The notes: generated by a model not told the origin, from the letters alone. A stretch of 64,000 nucleotides of DNA from Granulicella sp. (GCA_027339965.1 DAHWNL010000014.1:32001-96000); one strand, 5' to 3'. Positions 10,653 to 19,153 are shown, counted from the first letter of the stretch. A program made the numbers and translations.

Positions 10653-10889
10653 TCACCTTCCCGAAGCAGACTCTGGCACTGCCCGACGCAACACGTCTTC
10701 ATATACCTTGCGCGTCTGGACTGCGATCGACTGCCAGGTTCTATCTCCGTACTGCATCTCCCGGACGCGCCCGGAGAATGTCTCGCGCAGCGCCGCATCA
10801 TTTGCCAGCCGCAGCAGAGCCTCGGCCAGCCGCTGGATCGACACCTCCTTCTTTAGCCGCTCTTTCACATCCTCCGGTGTGTATGGCAT
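10653..10889 (-). pseudogene. Chimeric ORF: N-terminus of a CHC2-zinc-finger DNA primase-like gene fused to the C-terminus of a GT4 glycosyltransferase
   Basis: MPYTPEDVKERLKKEVSIQRLAEA resembles the start of mobile-element primases (RBS AAGGAG). LAEALLRLANDAALR...TWQSIAVQTRKVYEDVL resembles the final helices of GT4 enzymes (compare LAEAMARLLSNP...TAGAYRRVL in 4223..5386). Confidence 0.6.
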
Positions 10890-11021
10890 GGATGCTCCTT
10901 TTCATAGCCCGCATCTGGGTTTACCGCTAAAACCTGTCAAGGCCCATTTGTGGTATAGCCCAGGTACTATATGGGCCACCTAGATGTTGACCTGCTTTCA
11001 GGCACTCCCTATGCTGACTTC

Positions 11022-11393
11022 ATGAAGAAGTTGGAGAAGAGCGCTGCGTCCGAAGTCGGTTTTGCCGAACGTCTGACGACACTGCGTAAAGAACGCAGCA
11101 TGACCCAGAAGGGCCTGGCCGATGCTGTCGGCCTGGGCATCTCACAGGTAAAACGCTATGAGGCTGGAACATCTCAGCCCACCCTGGACGTGATTCGGAA
11201 CCTAGCCCAGGCACTCCGCGTCAGTTCAGATGAGCTACTTTTTGGCGCTGGCGAACGCGGCCCGGACGAAGAGCTGAGGCTTCAGTTTGAAGCCGTTTCC
11301 AAGTTCACTACCGAAGAGAAGCGCGTCGTCAAGTCCGTTCTGGAGGGCATGATTCTCCAGCATGAAGCCCGCCGCTGGGCCACCGAACGATAG
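11022..11393 (+). CDS. XRE-family helix-turn-helix transcriptional regulator
   Basis: FAERLTTLRKERSMTQKGLADAVGLGISQVKRYEAGTSQPTLDVIRNLAQALRVSSDELLF. Alternative start at 10971. Confidence 0.9.
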   Translation: MKKLEKSAASEVGFAERLTTLRKERSMTQKGLADAVGLGISQVKRYEAGTSQPTLDVIRNLAQALRVSSDELLFGAGERGPDEELRLQFEAVSKFTTEEKRVVKSVLEGMILQHEARRWATER

Positions 11394-11415
11394 GCTGTAC
11401 ACGAAGGGATTTCCT

Positions 11416-11820
11416 ATGGCTCAAGCCGCAACCAACCCGAAGCAACAGGCCCACGAACTCATCGACCGCATGTCCGTTGGACAGGCCGCCGCCGTCGGCC
11501 TCTTCAAGGCCATGCTCGATCCGGTCGAAATTGCCCTGGCCAACGCACCTTACGACGATGGGCCGCTCTCGACGGAAGAGATCAAGGCCCTCGATGCCTC
11601 TACCGAGTGGATAAAGCACAACCAGGGCATTGCCCACGAACAGGTCCTCGCCGAACTCGGCATCACCCAGGAAGAGATCGACAACTACAAGGGACCGATG
11701 GGAAGCGGATCGTCTGGACAGACCCGGCCAAGACCGACGTGCGCCGCATCGACCGCGACACCGCCTTGCATATTCTCTCCGCCCTCGACCGCTTCGCCCG
11801 TACCGGCGAGGGCGACGTGA
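11416..11820 (+). CDS. Putative type II antitoxin reading through its expected stop near 11701-11703
   Basis: Acidic small protein (APYDDGPLSTEE...GIAHEQVLAELG) directly upstream of a RelE-like gene. RBS GAAGGGA. The residues after YKGPM look non-native. Confidence 0.65.
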   Translation: MAQAATNPKQQAHELIDRMSVGQAAAVGLFKAMLDPVEIALANAPYDDGPLSTEEIKALDASTEWIKHNQGIAHEQVLAELGITQEEIDNYKGPMGSGSSGQTRPRPTCAASTATPPCIFSPPSTASPVPARAT

Positions 11821-11942
11821 AGGCCCTCCAGGGCCGCGACGAACTCCGCCTCCGCATTGCCGACTACCGCCTCTTCTTCGTCAACATCGACGACGCACTC
11901 GAAGTCCGCAGAGTCCTCCGCCGCAGAGAAGCCTACCGCTGA
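11700..11942 (+). pseudogene. RelE/ParE-family toxin lacking a start codon
   Basis: KRIVWTDPAKTDVRRID...GDVKALQGRDELRLRIADYRLFF...EVRRVLRRREAYR is a typical RelE fold. The codon at the expected start is GGG. Confidence 0.75.
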
Positions 11943-11974
11943 CCTCGAACACCCACCGAACCAACCTCGATCAC

Positions 11975-12005
11975 AGGCCGGACAGCGTCCGGCCTTGTTC
12001 GTCTT
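11975..12005 (+). terminator. Probable intrinsic terminator after the TA module
   Basis: Perfect stem AGGCCGGAC-agc-GTCCGGCCT followed by TGTTCGTCTT. Confidence 0.5.
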
Positions 12006-12114
12006 CCGTTCGATCTGGAGCACGCTACGGGCTGCGCTAAGCCGTCAGGCTTAGGGATGGTGTCTATGCTGCCACACCGCGCCGCTGGCTCTGGGACGCT
12101 GCCTGCGCCGGGAT

Positions 12115-12345
12115 TCAGCCCTTACTTCCGAAGTGCCGCTCGAACAGTTCGCGCGACAGCCGCTCGCCCTCTTCTGTCAGCACCACAGACTTCGCCTTGC
12201 TCTTCGGATCGGAGATGTACCCCTTCTCATGCAGCCGCTCCAGCGAATCCCAGTCGTGACCCTTCCACGCGCGGCCATCGCCCGCTGGCGTCAGCCACAA
12301 GAGCGCCAGAACCATCTCGTCTACTTTGTCACGGTCGTACCCCAT
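12115..12345 (-). CDS. DUF6429-like small protein (winged-helix-like)
   Basis: DKVDEMVLALLWL...RAWKGHDWDSLERLHEKGYISDPKSKAKSVVLTEEG recognised from mobile-element contexts. RBS AGGAG. Confidence 0.75.
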   Translation of the reverse strand: MGYDRDKVDEMVLALLWLTPAGDGRAWKGHDWDSLERLHEKGYISDPKSKAKSVVLTEEGERLSRELFERHFGSKG

Positions 12346-12706
12346 GCCCCCGGCTCCTGCTCGGATGCTACACCGGACCGTCGCTGCCGATGGCCGCGCG
12401 GATCGCGGCCCTGGTCCCGGTCATGGGAACATGAGGAAAATACACTTTTCTCATCGCTGCAAAACAGCCGCAGCGAGGACGGCGGTCAAGGGCGCGCCGT
12501 TCTCTGGCGCGTTCATCGCAGCGAAGCGCGGACCCTTGACGGCCACCGCGCCGCCCATCTCGTCTTTTTGAGTCGCGGGTTTTTGAGTCGCGGGGCCGGA
12601 GGCGATTTGGCCAGCCGCGCCGGCCGGCGCAGAAGGATGCCGCGCCCAGAAGCTCAATCTCCCTCAACCTCTTGCGCAGATCCGATCCGTCACTCCAGCC
12701 GACGGC

Positions 12707-15175
12707 TCATGAAGCCCGACGCTCCCGAGCCGCTTCCTCAAACTGCTCCCAATCCGCACTGTCTGCGAACGGCGCGCCAGCCTCAATTCTGACGATGGCG
12801 CCTTCGGTTACCGCAAAGATCTCGAGCCAATGGCCTTCGAGAAGTTCACGCACGGTCTCGCTGCGATGAATGGCCCGCTGGATATGCTCTTTTGGCGCAT
12901 AGACCAGCACGCTGAGCCGCAGCGGAGCATGCCGCCAACGCTCTCCATCATGGATCGACTGCAACGCCAGGCCGGTGCGCAGATCCCCGGAGTTGCCCTC
13001 GAAGAGGCCCAGCGCGCCGCCGGCGACGTTGTGCAAAGTCTTGTTCCCTGCTCCGAACCGCAATGGATCCACCGTCGAAGCGAAGTACTGCATATTAATC
13101 CAGTGCGCGACCACCACGGGTCCGGCCAGGATCTGTTCCAGAACTGCGCCATCCCGGTCCTCATCAGCATCGTACTCATGCAGAAAGCAGCGGCCTTCCA
13201 GGTTCAGTTCGCGCGTACACCGGCGCGGACCGGCGAGAATCGCCGCGTTGTTCGCCAAGCCCCACTCGGGCCTGGTCTCCGCCCAGTTCATGGCGCGTTG
13301 CAAGGCCTGAGACGCCGCTCCGGCCGGCTCTGAGTGGCTGTCATCTCGGCCTTCCTGCGCCTTCCTCTCCAGCAGTACAAGCTCGGAGGCCGTAGCCAGT
13401 GTGTTCTGCAAAGACCGCTGCCGGCCGGGGTTGAGCCGGGCGAAGTCCTCCGCGTCGAGTTTCACCGTCTCCGTGGTCGTATTGTGCAGCGCGGCAGCCC
13501 AACGCATATCTTCCCGCAAGGGAACTCCTCTTCGCCTCAGTTCTGCGATCACCTCCGGATCGTTGAGCAGGTCGCGCATGACGCGGGCATTGTTCAAGCC
13601 ACTCTGGCCGCAACATGCGCCGCAATTGAGCGCTGCGGCGGTGGGATTATTTCTGGTCTGGCTCGCATGGCCGACAAGGATGACCAGTCGAGCCGCCCCT
13701 CGATCCAGTCCGGTCACGCGCAGAAAGCGCTCTGCCAAACTCGCCTTCTCTTCTAGCGTGGCCTGAAGCTGAATTCGAACCACGGCATCGTCCTTGGCGC
13801 CCGGCAAGTCCATCTTCTTTTTGCGGCCTGGGGCAAAAGTGCTCTTCCATAGGTTCGCCGCGCGGCCCATCCCCAGAATCTCCACCATGCTGAAGCCGGA
13901 GACGGGCATCCGGGAGTACTCACCCGAAAGACGCTTGTTACGGACCCGTTTCATCGCCCTCTTTTTATCCTGCACCGGATCGCCCGTGGTTTGAATCGCA
14001 GTCATACCCGCTCGGAACAGCCCCGGCAAGTGTGGCAAGGCCGTCTCAGAGCCCAGCGAGCGATACTCCATCGGAACTCCGAAGAATCCCGCAAAACCAA
14101 GAGTCTGAAAAGAGGAGTCCAGGGATTCAATGGCTCTGCGCATCGGCTCGGAGCGGACATCGATGCAGAAGACCGCCTGTACGGCGGCCTCAGAGGTCTG
14201 CCGGACGGGCGGTTGTGAGAGCGTTTCAAACAGCCGTTGTTGATACGACAACTCTTCGGCGCGCAGCCAGACGGCAGCCATCCTGACCGCCTCCGGCTGC
14301 TTCGCGTTGATGGCTTCTTGCCATTGGATCTGCCACTCTGCCCAGACGGATCCCTCCGAACGGACCGCATCGTCCAGCAACAGCTCCCAGGCCACGCGAA
14401 TGGCAAGCATGTTCAAGGTGTGCGCTGGATCGACTCCTCCTGCGAGCTTTGCCTGCCAGGCAAGATACGATCCATGGGAGGCCCATCCCGGCACGCGCAG
14501 GATCGCGACCGTGAAGAAGATCGGGACCTGGTCGGGCGAGAGCTGCAGGCGATGCACGGCCTCTTCCAGCACGCCCAGCGGTTCGCGGGGCAGTCTGCGG
14601 CAGCGCTCCCGCAATCCGTGCTCGCGCATCAGAAATTCACTGCCCCGATCCTCTTCCAACATCTCCAGCCAATAGCCATAGAGCCCTACATTTTCCGCGA
14701 TGGGCCACTCCGCCTGGAAGCGATCGAAGTAGCTTGCGCAGCACTGGCTGATCTGAGTAAGAATGTGTTCTCGCCAGCTATAGGCATGCGTCAGCTCGCG
14801 TCGCGCGTCCAGCCTGTCGGAGAGCAAAGGAACCGTTCGCAGCGTGGGCGGCGCCGTATCTAGAAAGCGGATCAGCTCTTCCAATGTGCAGCACAGCTCT
14901 GACTCCGCAAGAGCCGCGGCAAGGCCGGCCTTGGAAATCTCGCCAGCGGCAAACCGCTCCCGGTAATACTCCTGGGGCATCGTCATGCGTGAACCGGCAA
15001 GATGCGCGAGTTCTTGCATGGTCTGCGCGAAGGATCTGCTTCGGAATCCCCAATAGGGATTCACGGCAATGGCCCTGTCCAGCGGCCAGAAGGGCGCAAC
15101 CAGGTCACAGGAGGCCTGAGCCACGGAGGCGATGTCGAAGCGTTTGCTGATGTCGTTGCAACCTGTGGTGATCAC
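12707..15175 (-). CDS. dabA: DabA / DUF2309 inorganic carbon transporter subunit (beta-carbonic-anhydrase-like)
   Basis: APFWPLDRAIAVNPY, FCIDVRSE (Zn ligands C, D), GFAGFFG, LVGH, CGAC, HNTTT, WAETRPEWGLANNA, GRCFLHEY, WINMQYFASTVD, GNKTLHNV. GTG start at 15175 overlaps the upstream TGA (GTGA) with a GGGGAG RBS. Confidence 0.9.
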   Translation of the reverse strand: MITTGCNDISKRFDIASVAQASCDLVAPFWPLDRAIAVNPYWGFRSRSFAQTMQELAHLAGSRMTMPQEYYRERFAAGEISKAGLAAALAESELCCTLEELIRFLDTAPPTLRTVPLLSDRLDARRELTHAYSWREHILTQISQCCASYFDRFQAEWPIAENVGLYGYWLEMLEEDRGSEFLMREHGLRERCRRLPREPLGVLEEAVHRLQLSPDQVPIFFTVAILRVPGWASHGSYLAWQAKLAGGVDPAHTLNMLAIRVAWELLLDDAVRSEGSVWAEWQIQWQEAINAKQPEAVRMAAVWLRAEELSYQQRLFETLSQPPVRQTSEAAVQAVFCIDVRSEPMRRAIESLDSSFQTLGFAGFFGVPMEYRSLGSETALPHLPGLFRAGMTAIQTTGDPVQDKKRAMKRVRNKRLSGEYSRMPVSGFSMVEILGMGRAANLWKSTFAPGRKKKMDLPGAKDDAVVRIQLQATLEEKASLAERFLRVTGLDRGAARLVILVGHASQTRNNPTAAALNCGACCGQSGLNNARVMRDLLNDPEVIAELRRRGVPLREDMRWAAALHNTTTETVKLDAEDFARLNPGRQRSLQNTLATASELVLLERKAQEGRDDSHSEPAGAASQALQRAMNWAETRPEWGLANNAAILAGPRRCTRELNLEGRCFLHEYDADEDRDGAVLEQILAGPVVVAHWINMQYFASTVDPLRFGAGNKTLHNVAGGALGLFEGNSGDLRTGLALQSIHDGERWRHAPLRLSVLVYAPKEHIQRAIHRSETVRELLEGHWLEIFAVTEGAIVRIEAGAPFADSADWEQFEEAARERRAS

Positions 15176-16737
15176 GCGTACTCCCCATGAGTCGAAGTTT
15201 TGGAAGGCGAGTCTGAAGAGCTTTCGCCGATCTTGATCGGCCAAAGCGCGAGCACATAACGAGTGAAGATCTCATCCAGGTAGAAACCATGGAACACCCA
15301 TATGCGCAGGCGAGAGATTCGCCGAGCATCGCAGGCCCGCACAGCGATCTGGACCGAATAGAGCAGCGCCATGCCTGTGGCGAAGAGAGCCGAGACCATC
15401 CAGGGCCGGTTCGTCTCTGCCCCAACCATCGCGCCGGCGCACAGATGCAGCCCATAGTAAAGAGCCAGCAGAGATAGGAGGCGCGCCAGGGCTGATCCCA
15501 AAGATCCATCCTCCTCCAGGCCCGTCGCCAGTAGCGGAGCAACTCCCAAAGCCAGCACCACCAGCGCAACGGGTTCTATAGCGTAGGCTGTTCCGGCCAG
15601 CAGAGCATGAGCGCCCCAGAAGGTTGGCGCAAGAATCAATACCGGCAGGACACGCGGCCAGACGCGGGCGTGGCGGAGAACGCGAAGCTCCCCCAGTGAA
15701 ACGTCCTCGCCGTAAGCCTGCACAACGTTCCCTGAGCTGAGGAAGAGATACGACTTATAGAGGGAGTGACCGATCAGATGAAGCAATGCCAGGCCGTACA
15801 ATCCGGCCCCGCACTCCGCCAGTAGAAATCCCATCTGTGCGCAGGTGGACCAGGCCAGGCGGACCTTGATGCTTACGCGGGTCAGCATGACGACTCCGGC
15901 GATCACGAACGTAGTGACTCCCGACGCTGTCAGCAACAGCTGGGCGCAAGGCTCGGCATCCAGAAAGGGATGCAGGCGAAGCAGAAGAACTCCGCCTAGA
16001 TTGACGATGCCCGCATGCAGCAGCGCGGATACCGGCGTGGGAGCCTCCATCACCTGGATAAGCCAGCCGTGCAAAGGCAGTTGAGCAGACTTCAGAATCA
16101 CGGCTAGAGATAGACACAGCGAAAACACTAGCACCGGCAAACGATGCCGAGGTTCCGTCAAGACCTCCTGGTTCAGGGCGGCGATGTTCAGCGTGCCAAA
16201 GCTGCGGTAAAGAAGAGCTGTGCCTGCCAGAAGAATCGCCTCGGCGGTGCGGCTGACCAGAAACTTCTTGTGCGCCGCCATCCTGGCGGCTCGCCGGTCA
16301 GGATAGTACAACAGCAGCGCGTTCAGCGCCACGCTGCTGAGAATCCAGGCGAGCAGAAGAAGATCAAGACGCGGGGCGATCATCACGGCGGAGGAGAAGC
16401 CGAAAGTCGCCATAAGGGCGCTCAGGAATCGCTGCTGCCGATGCTCTCCGCGGAGGTAACTCTGCGAGTAGCGGGTGATCACAACCGCCAGGAAACTGAT
16501 GAGGACAAGCATGCAATGCCCCGGCAGATCCGTCGCCAGCTGCGGAACGCCATCCTCCAGTGAGACAAGGCTCGCCATGGAAAAGATCAATGCGGCCCAG
16601 GTGGCAAGAACAGCCCTCTTCCATGGCGCGCGCGCATGAGACCGTCCGGGAACGGCGGCCAGCAAATAGCAGCATCCGGGCAGCCACAGGGAAACATCGT
16701 TGAAGGAAAAACTCACCATACCCACATGCTTCCGCAT
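15172..16737 (-). CDS. dabB: DabB, NuoL/ND5-like proton-translocating membrane subunit
   Basis: Polytopic membrane protein with KSAQLPLHGWLIQVMEAPTPVSALLHAG, LAWSTCAQMGF, HLIGHSLYKSYLFL and GFYLD. Translationally coupled to the DUF2309 gene. Confidence 0.88.
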   Translation of the reverse strand: MRKHVGMVSFSFNDVSLWLPGCCYLLAAVPGRSHARAPWKRAVLATWAALIFSMASLVSLEDGVPQLATDLPGHCMLVLISFLAVVITRYSQSYLRGEHRQQRFLSALMATFGFSSAVMIAPRLDLLLLAWILSSVALNALLLYYPDRRAARMAAHKKFLVSRTAEAILLAGTALLYRSFGTLNIAALNQEVLTEPRHRLPVLVFSLCLSLAVILKSAQLPLHGWLIQVMEAPTPVSALLHAGIVNLGGVLLLRLHPFLDAEPCAQLLLTASGVTTFVIAGVVMLTRVSIKVRLAWSTCAQMGFLLAECGAGLYGLALLHLIGHSLYKSYLFLSSGNVVQAYGEDVSLGELRVLRHARVWPRVLPVLILAPTFWGAHALLAGTAYAIEPVALVVLALGVAPLLATGLEEDGSLGSALARLLSLLALYYGLHLCAGAMVGAETNRPWMVSALFATGMALLYSVQIAVRACDARRISRLRIWVFHGFYLDEIFTRYVLALWPIKIGESSSDSPSKTSTHGEYA

Positions 16738-16775
16738 GCATGTGGATTTGTAAAATATATAATAGTGTAGAAATC

Positions 16776-16792
16776 GTTCTATATTCTAAAAC
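16776..16792. promoter_or_regulatory. Candidate LysR operator in the AT-rich divergent promoter
   Basis: Imperfect palindrome GTTCTA-TATTC-TAAAAC containing T-N11-A, between the dabB and lysR starts. Confidence 0.45.
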
Positions 16793-16793
16793 T

Positions 16794-17693
16794 ATGCGTC
16801 ACTTGAATCTTCACCATCTGCGCTACTTCTGGCTGGTCGCCCGCTCTGGCAACCTCACCCAGGCGGCCAGGCAGCTCAACCTCTCTCAATCCTCCCTGTC
16901 GATCCAGATACGGCAGCTTGAGGACTCACTGGGAACGGATCTGTTTGATCGCGGCAACCGCCGGCTTGATCTCACGCCGTTCGGGGCGATGGTCCTGCAC
17001 TATGCGCAAGAGATCTTCGAACTCAGTGAAGAGCTTGTCCGCGCTGTCGATGGGGAGGCCAGCCGCTCCAGGATGCGCTTCCGCATCGGTTCGGTCAGCA
17101 CGCTCTCGCGCAACTTTCAGGAGCATTTTCTGCAACCGCTCATGGCCGAGCCGGACTTGCATCTGGTCGTTGAATCCGGCGGCATGGAGGAGCTTCTGAA
17201 CAGGCTGCAATCCTTCCAGCTCGATCTTGTGCTTAGCAATCGGCCCATCGGCTCTCAGGGCGAATCGGACTGGCGCTGTCAGCAGTTGGCGCGGCAGCGG
17301 GTCAGCCTGGTGGGTAGGCCTGACCCGAGTCTTTCTCTCCTGCGATTTCCCAAAGACCTTGCGCATCTCCGCTTGTTGCTGCCAGGGCGGAACAGTGACA
17401 TTCGCACCCAGCTTGATGCGCTCTTTGATCGCTGGGAGATTGAGCCCAACATCGTTGCCGAGGTGGATGACATGTCCATGCTGCGGCTGCTGGCGAGGGA
17501 CGGATTGGGTGTCGCCGCCGTCCCTCGCGTTGTGGTCAAGGATGAGCTGAAGGAACGGAAACTGATGGTGCTACACGATTTTCGCGAGATCTTTGAAAAC
17601 TTCTATGCCATCAGCGTAAAAAGGCTGCGCAAGAACTCCACCTGGACCAGGCTTTTGCGAAGAGCCGCGCAGAAGCAGCCATTGCCGGTTTGA
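16794..17693 (+). CDS. LysR-family transcriptional regulator (NhaR-like)
   Basis: LNLHHLRYFWLVARSGNLTQAARQLNLSQSSLSIQIRQLE HTH, LFDRGNRRLDLT, AEVDDMSMLRLLA. Divergent from dabBA. Confidence 0.92.
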   Translation: MRHLNLHHLRYFWLVARSGNLTQAARQLNLSQSSLSIQIRQLEDSLGTDLFDRGNRRLDLTPFGAMVLHYAQEIFELSEELVRAVDGEASRSRMRFRIGSVSTLSRNFQEHFLQPLMAEPDLHLVVESGGMEELLNRLQSFQLDLVLSNRPIGSQGESDWRCQQLARQRVSLVGRPDPSLSLLRFPKDLAHLRLLLPGRNSDIRTQLDALFDRWEIEPNIVAEVDDMSMLRLLARDGLGVAAVPRVVVKDELKERKLMVLHDFREIFENFYAISVKRLRKNSTWTRLLRRAAQKQPLPV

Positions 17694-17878
17694 ATCGGCG
17701 AGCCACGTCGAGTCCTTTGCTCCGGGGACCCGCGTGTTTCGGGGACCTGCGCCGCCTTATGCTTGCGCTTCGGCCGGGCGCGGCGTTCACCCTCGCCAAT
17801 CGGGCCGGAGCCGTGACGCACGGTCGCAACATCCCCCGGACCATCGCATCCGCGGTTTTCCTCCAGGATTTCTCCTGA

Positions 17879-19153
17879 TTACGCCTCCAGGGTGGAATCG
17901 GGCTGTTGTTCCGGGACTGCGGCTATCCCCTCCATTCGCTTCGCGCGCACTGTGGCCACAAGTCCCAGTCCATTGGTCAGTAGAATCAGTGCGAAGGTAA
18001 GCGACGGAAAGAACCTCAATTCCCGCGGTTCGGCCTGAATGGCCTCCAGGACCAGCACCGCCGTAATCAACCCGCGCGGCATGAGCGTTGTCGCCAACTC
18101 CAGCTCCTGCCGGTTCGGGCCGCGCCAGAAGATGCGGCTCACCTGCACCGCGATCACCCGAGCGGCCAAAAGGACCAGCAAGATGCCGACGCTGGGCAAA
18201 AGTTGCTGCGTCAATCCACGAAACTGAATCATGGCTCCCAGGAGAACAAAGAAAAAGCTTCTTACTAGAAACGCCAGCTCGGAGTGGAAGGAAAGAATTC
18301 TGCTGCCCTCATCCTCGGCATCGAACCCCATCTCCAACTCGCGCAAGAAGCTTTCAGGCCCCAGCAGATTGGCCAGCGTTGCGCCAAACACCATCACCGC
18401 GAACAGATCGCTGCCGTCCACCGCATGGGTGCTGGAGAACACAATCAGCACCACTCCAAAGGTCAATGCTTGCCAGAACCTGTGGTTGGAGATCCTGGGT
18501 AGAGCGCGCGCCCAGACAACGCCCGCTCCCACTCCGATCACAAGTGCCAGCAGAAAGTGAAAGAAGGACTGGATCATCATCCCGCCCAGGATCACATCTC
18601 CGCTGGTCCGGCTGGTAACCCCATCGGTAACCAGACTGATCAGTACACCCAACACCAGCGCCCCAAGCCCATCGCCAAATGCGGACTCGATCACCAGGGT
18701 CGTCTTCAGGTCGGGCCGCAGACTCATCTGCTCCAGCATAGGCAGCACAATCGCCCCACTCATGCAGCCCAGCGCCGCGCCCGCCAGCAAGGAGGCCATG
18801 CGGCTCATATGCAGAAAGTTCATGCAGAAAAGATGAATGCCCTCCATGGTTAGCGCATAGCTCAGCACCGCCAGCAACGTGCCGGCGAGAAACTGCTTGC
18901 GCGCGCGCCGGATATCCAGCTCCAACCCCGCCGCAAACAGAATCAGAATCAGCGCCAGGGTGCCCACGCCGCGTGTGACGTCAGGAAAGCGCACCGCATC
19001 GATCCAGTGCAGCCCCGGCCCCAGGACGATACCGCACAGCAGCAACACCACCACGTCCGGGACCCGCGTGCGATGCGCAAAGCGATTGGCTAGATACGCC
19101 AACACCAGCAGCCCGCCCAGCAACCCCCAGAAATTCGCCAGCCCTATAGACAT
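17879..19153 (-). CDS. Cation:proton antiporter (CPA1/NhaP-like)
   Basis: About 13 TM segments, ILFAAGLELD, IESAFGD, FLVRSFFFVLLG, PRGLITAVL. Start taken at MSIGLAN. Confidence 0.85.
   Translation of the reverse strand: MSIGLANFWGLLGGLLVLAYLANRFAHRTRVPDVVVLLLCGIVLGPGLHWIDAVRFPDVTRGVGTLALILILFAAGLELDIRRARKQFLAGTLLAVLSYALTMEGIHLFCMNFLHMSRMASLLAGAALGCMSGAIVLPMLEQMSLRPDLKTTLVIESAFGDGLGALVLGVLISLVTDGVTSRTSGDVILGGMMIQSFFHFLLALVIGVGAGVVWARALPRISNHRFWQALTFGVVLIVFSSTHAVDGSDLFAVMVFGATLANLLGPESFLRELEMGFDAEDEGSRILSFHSELAFLVRSFFFVLLGAMIQFRGLTQQLLPSVGILLVLLAARVIAVQVSRIFWRGPNRQELELATTLMPRGLITAVLVLEAIQAEPRELRFFPSLTFALILLTNGLGLVATVRAKRMEGIAAVPEQQPDSTLEA

Larger units (their letters stand above)
10818..12690. 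mobile_element. Remnant of a primase/XRE-type integrative element (integrase end missing)
   Basis: Divergent primase-start/XRE pair, toxin-antitoxin module, DUF6429-like gene and a structured GTCAAGGG...CCCTTGAC terminal region. No integrase in the window. Boundaries approximate. Confidence 0.55.

Noticed and set aside
12680..12720. dif-like or att site at the right end of the element remnant
   Set aside because: No XerC/XerD-type ATAA-N6-TTAT core is visible; the sequence runs directly into the dabA stop codon.
15172..16737. NuoL-like gene as part of respiratory complex I or an Mrp antiporter
   Set aside because: No other nuo or mrp genes are adjacent; coupling to DUF2309 identifies it as DabB-type.
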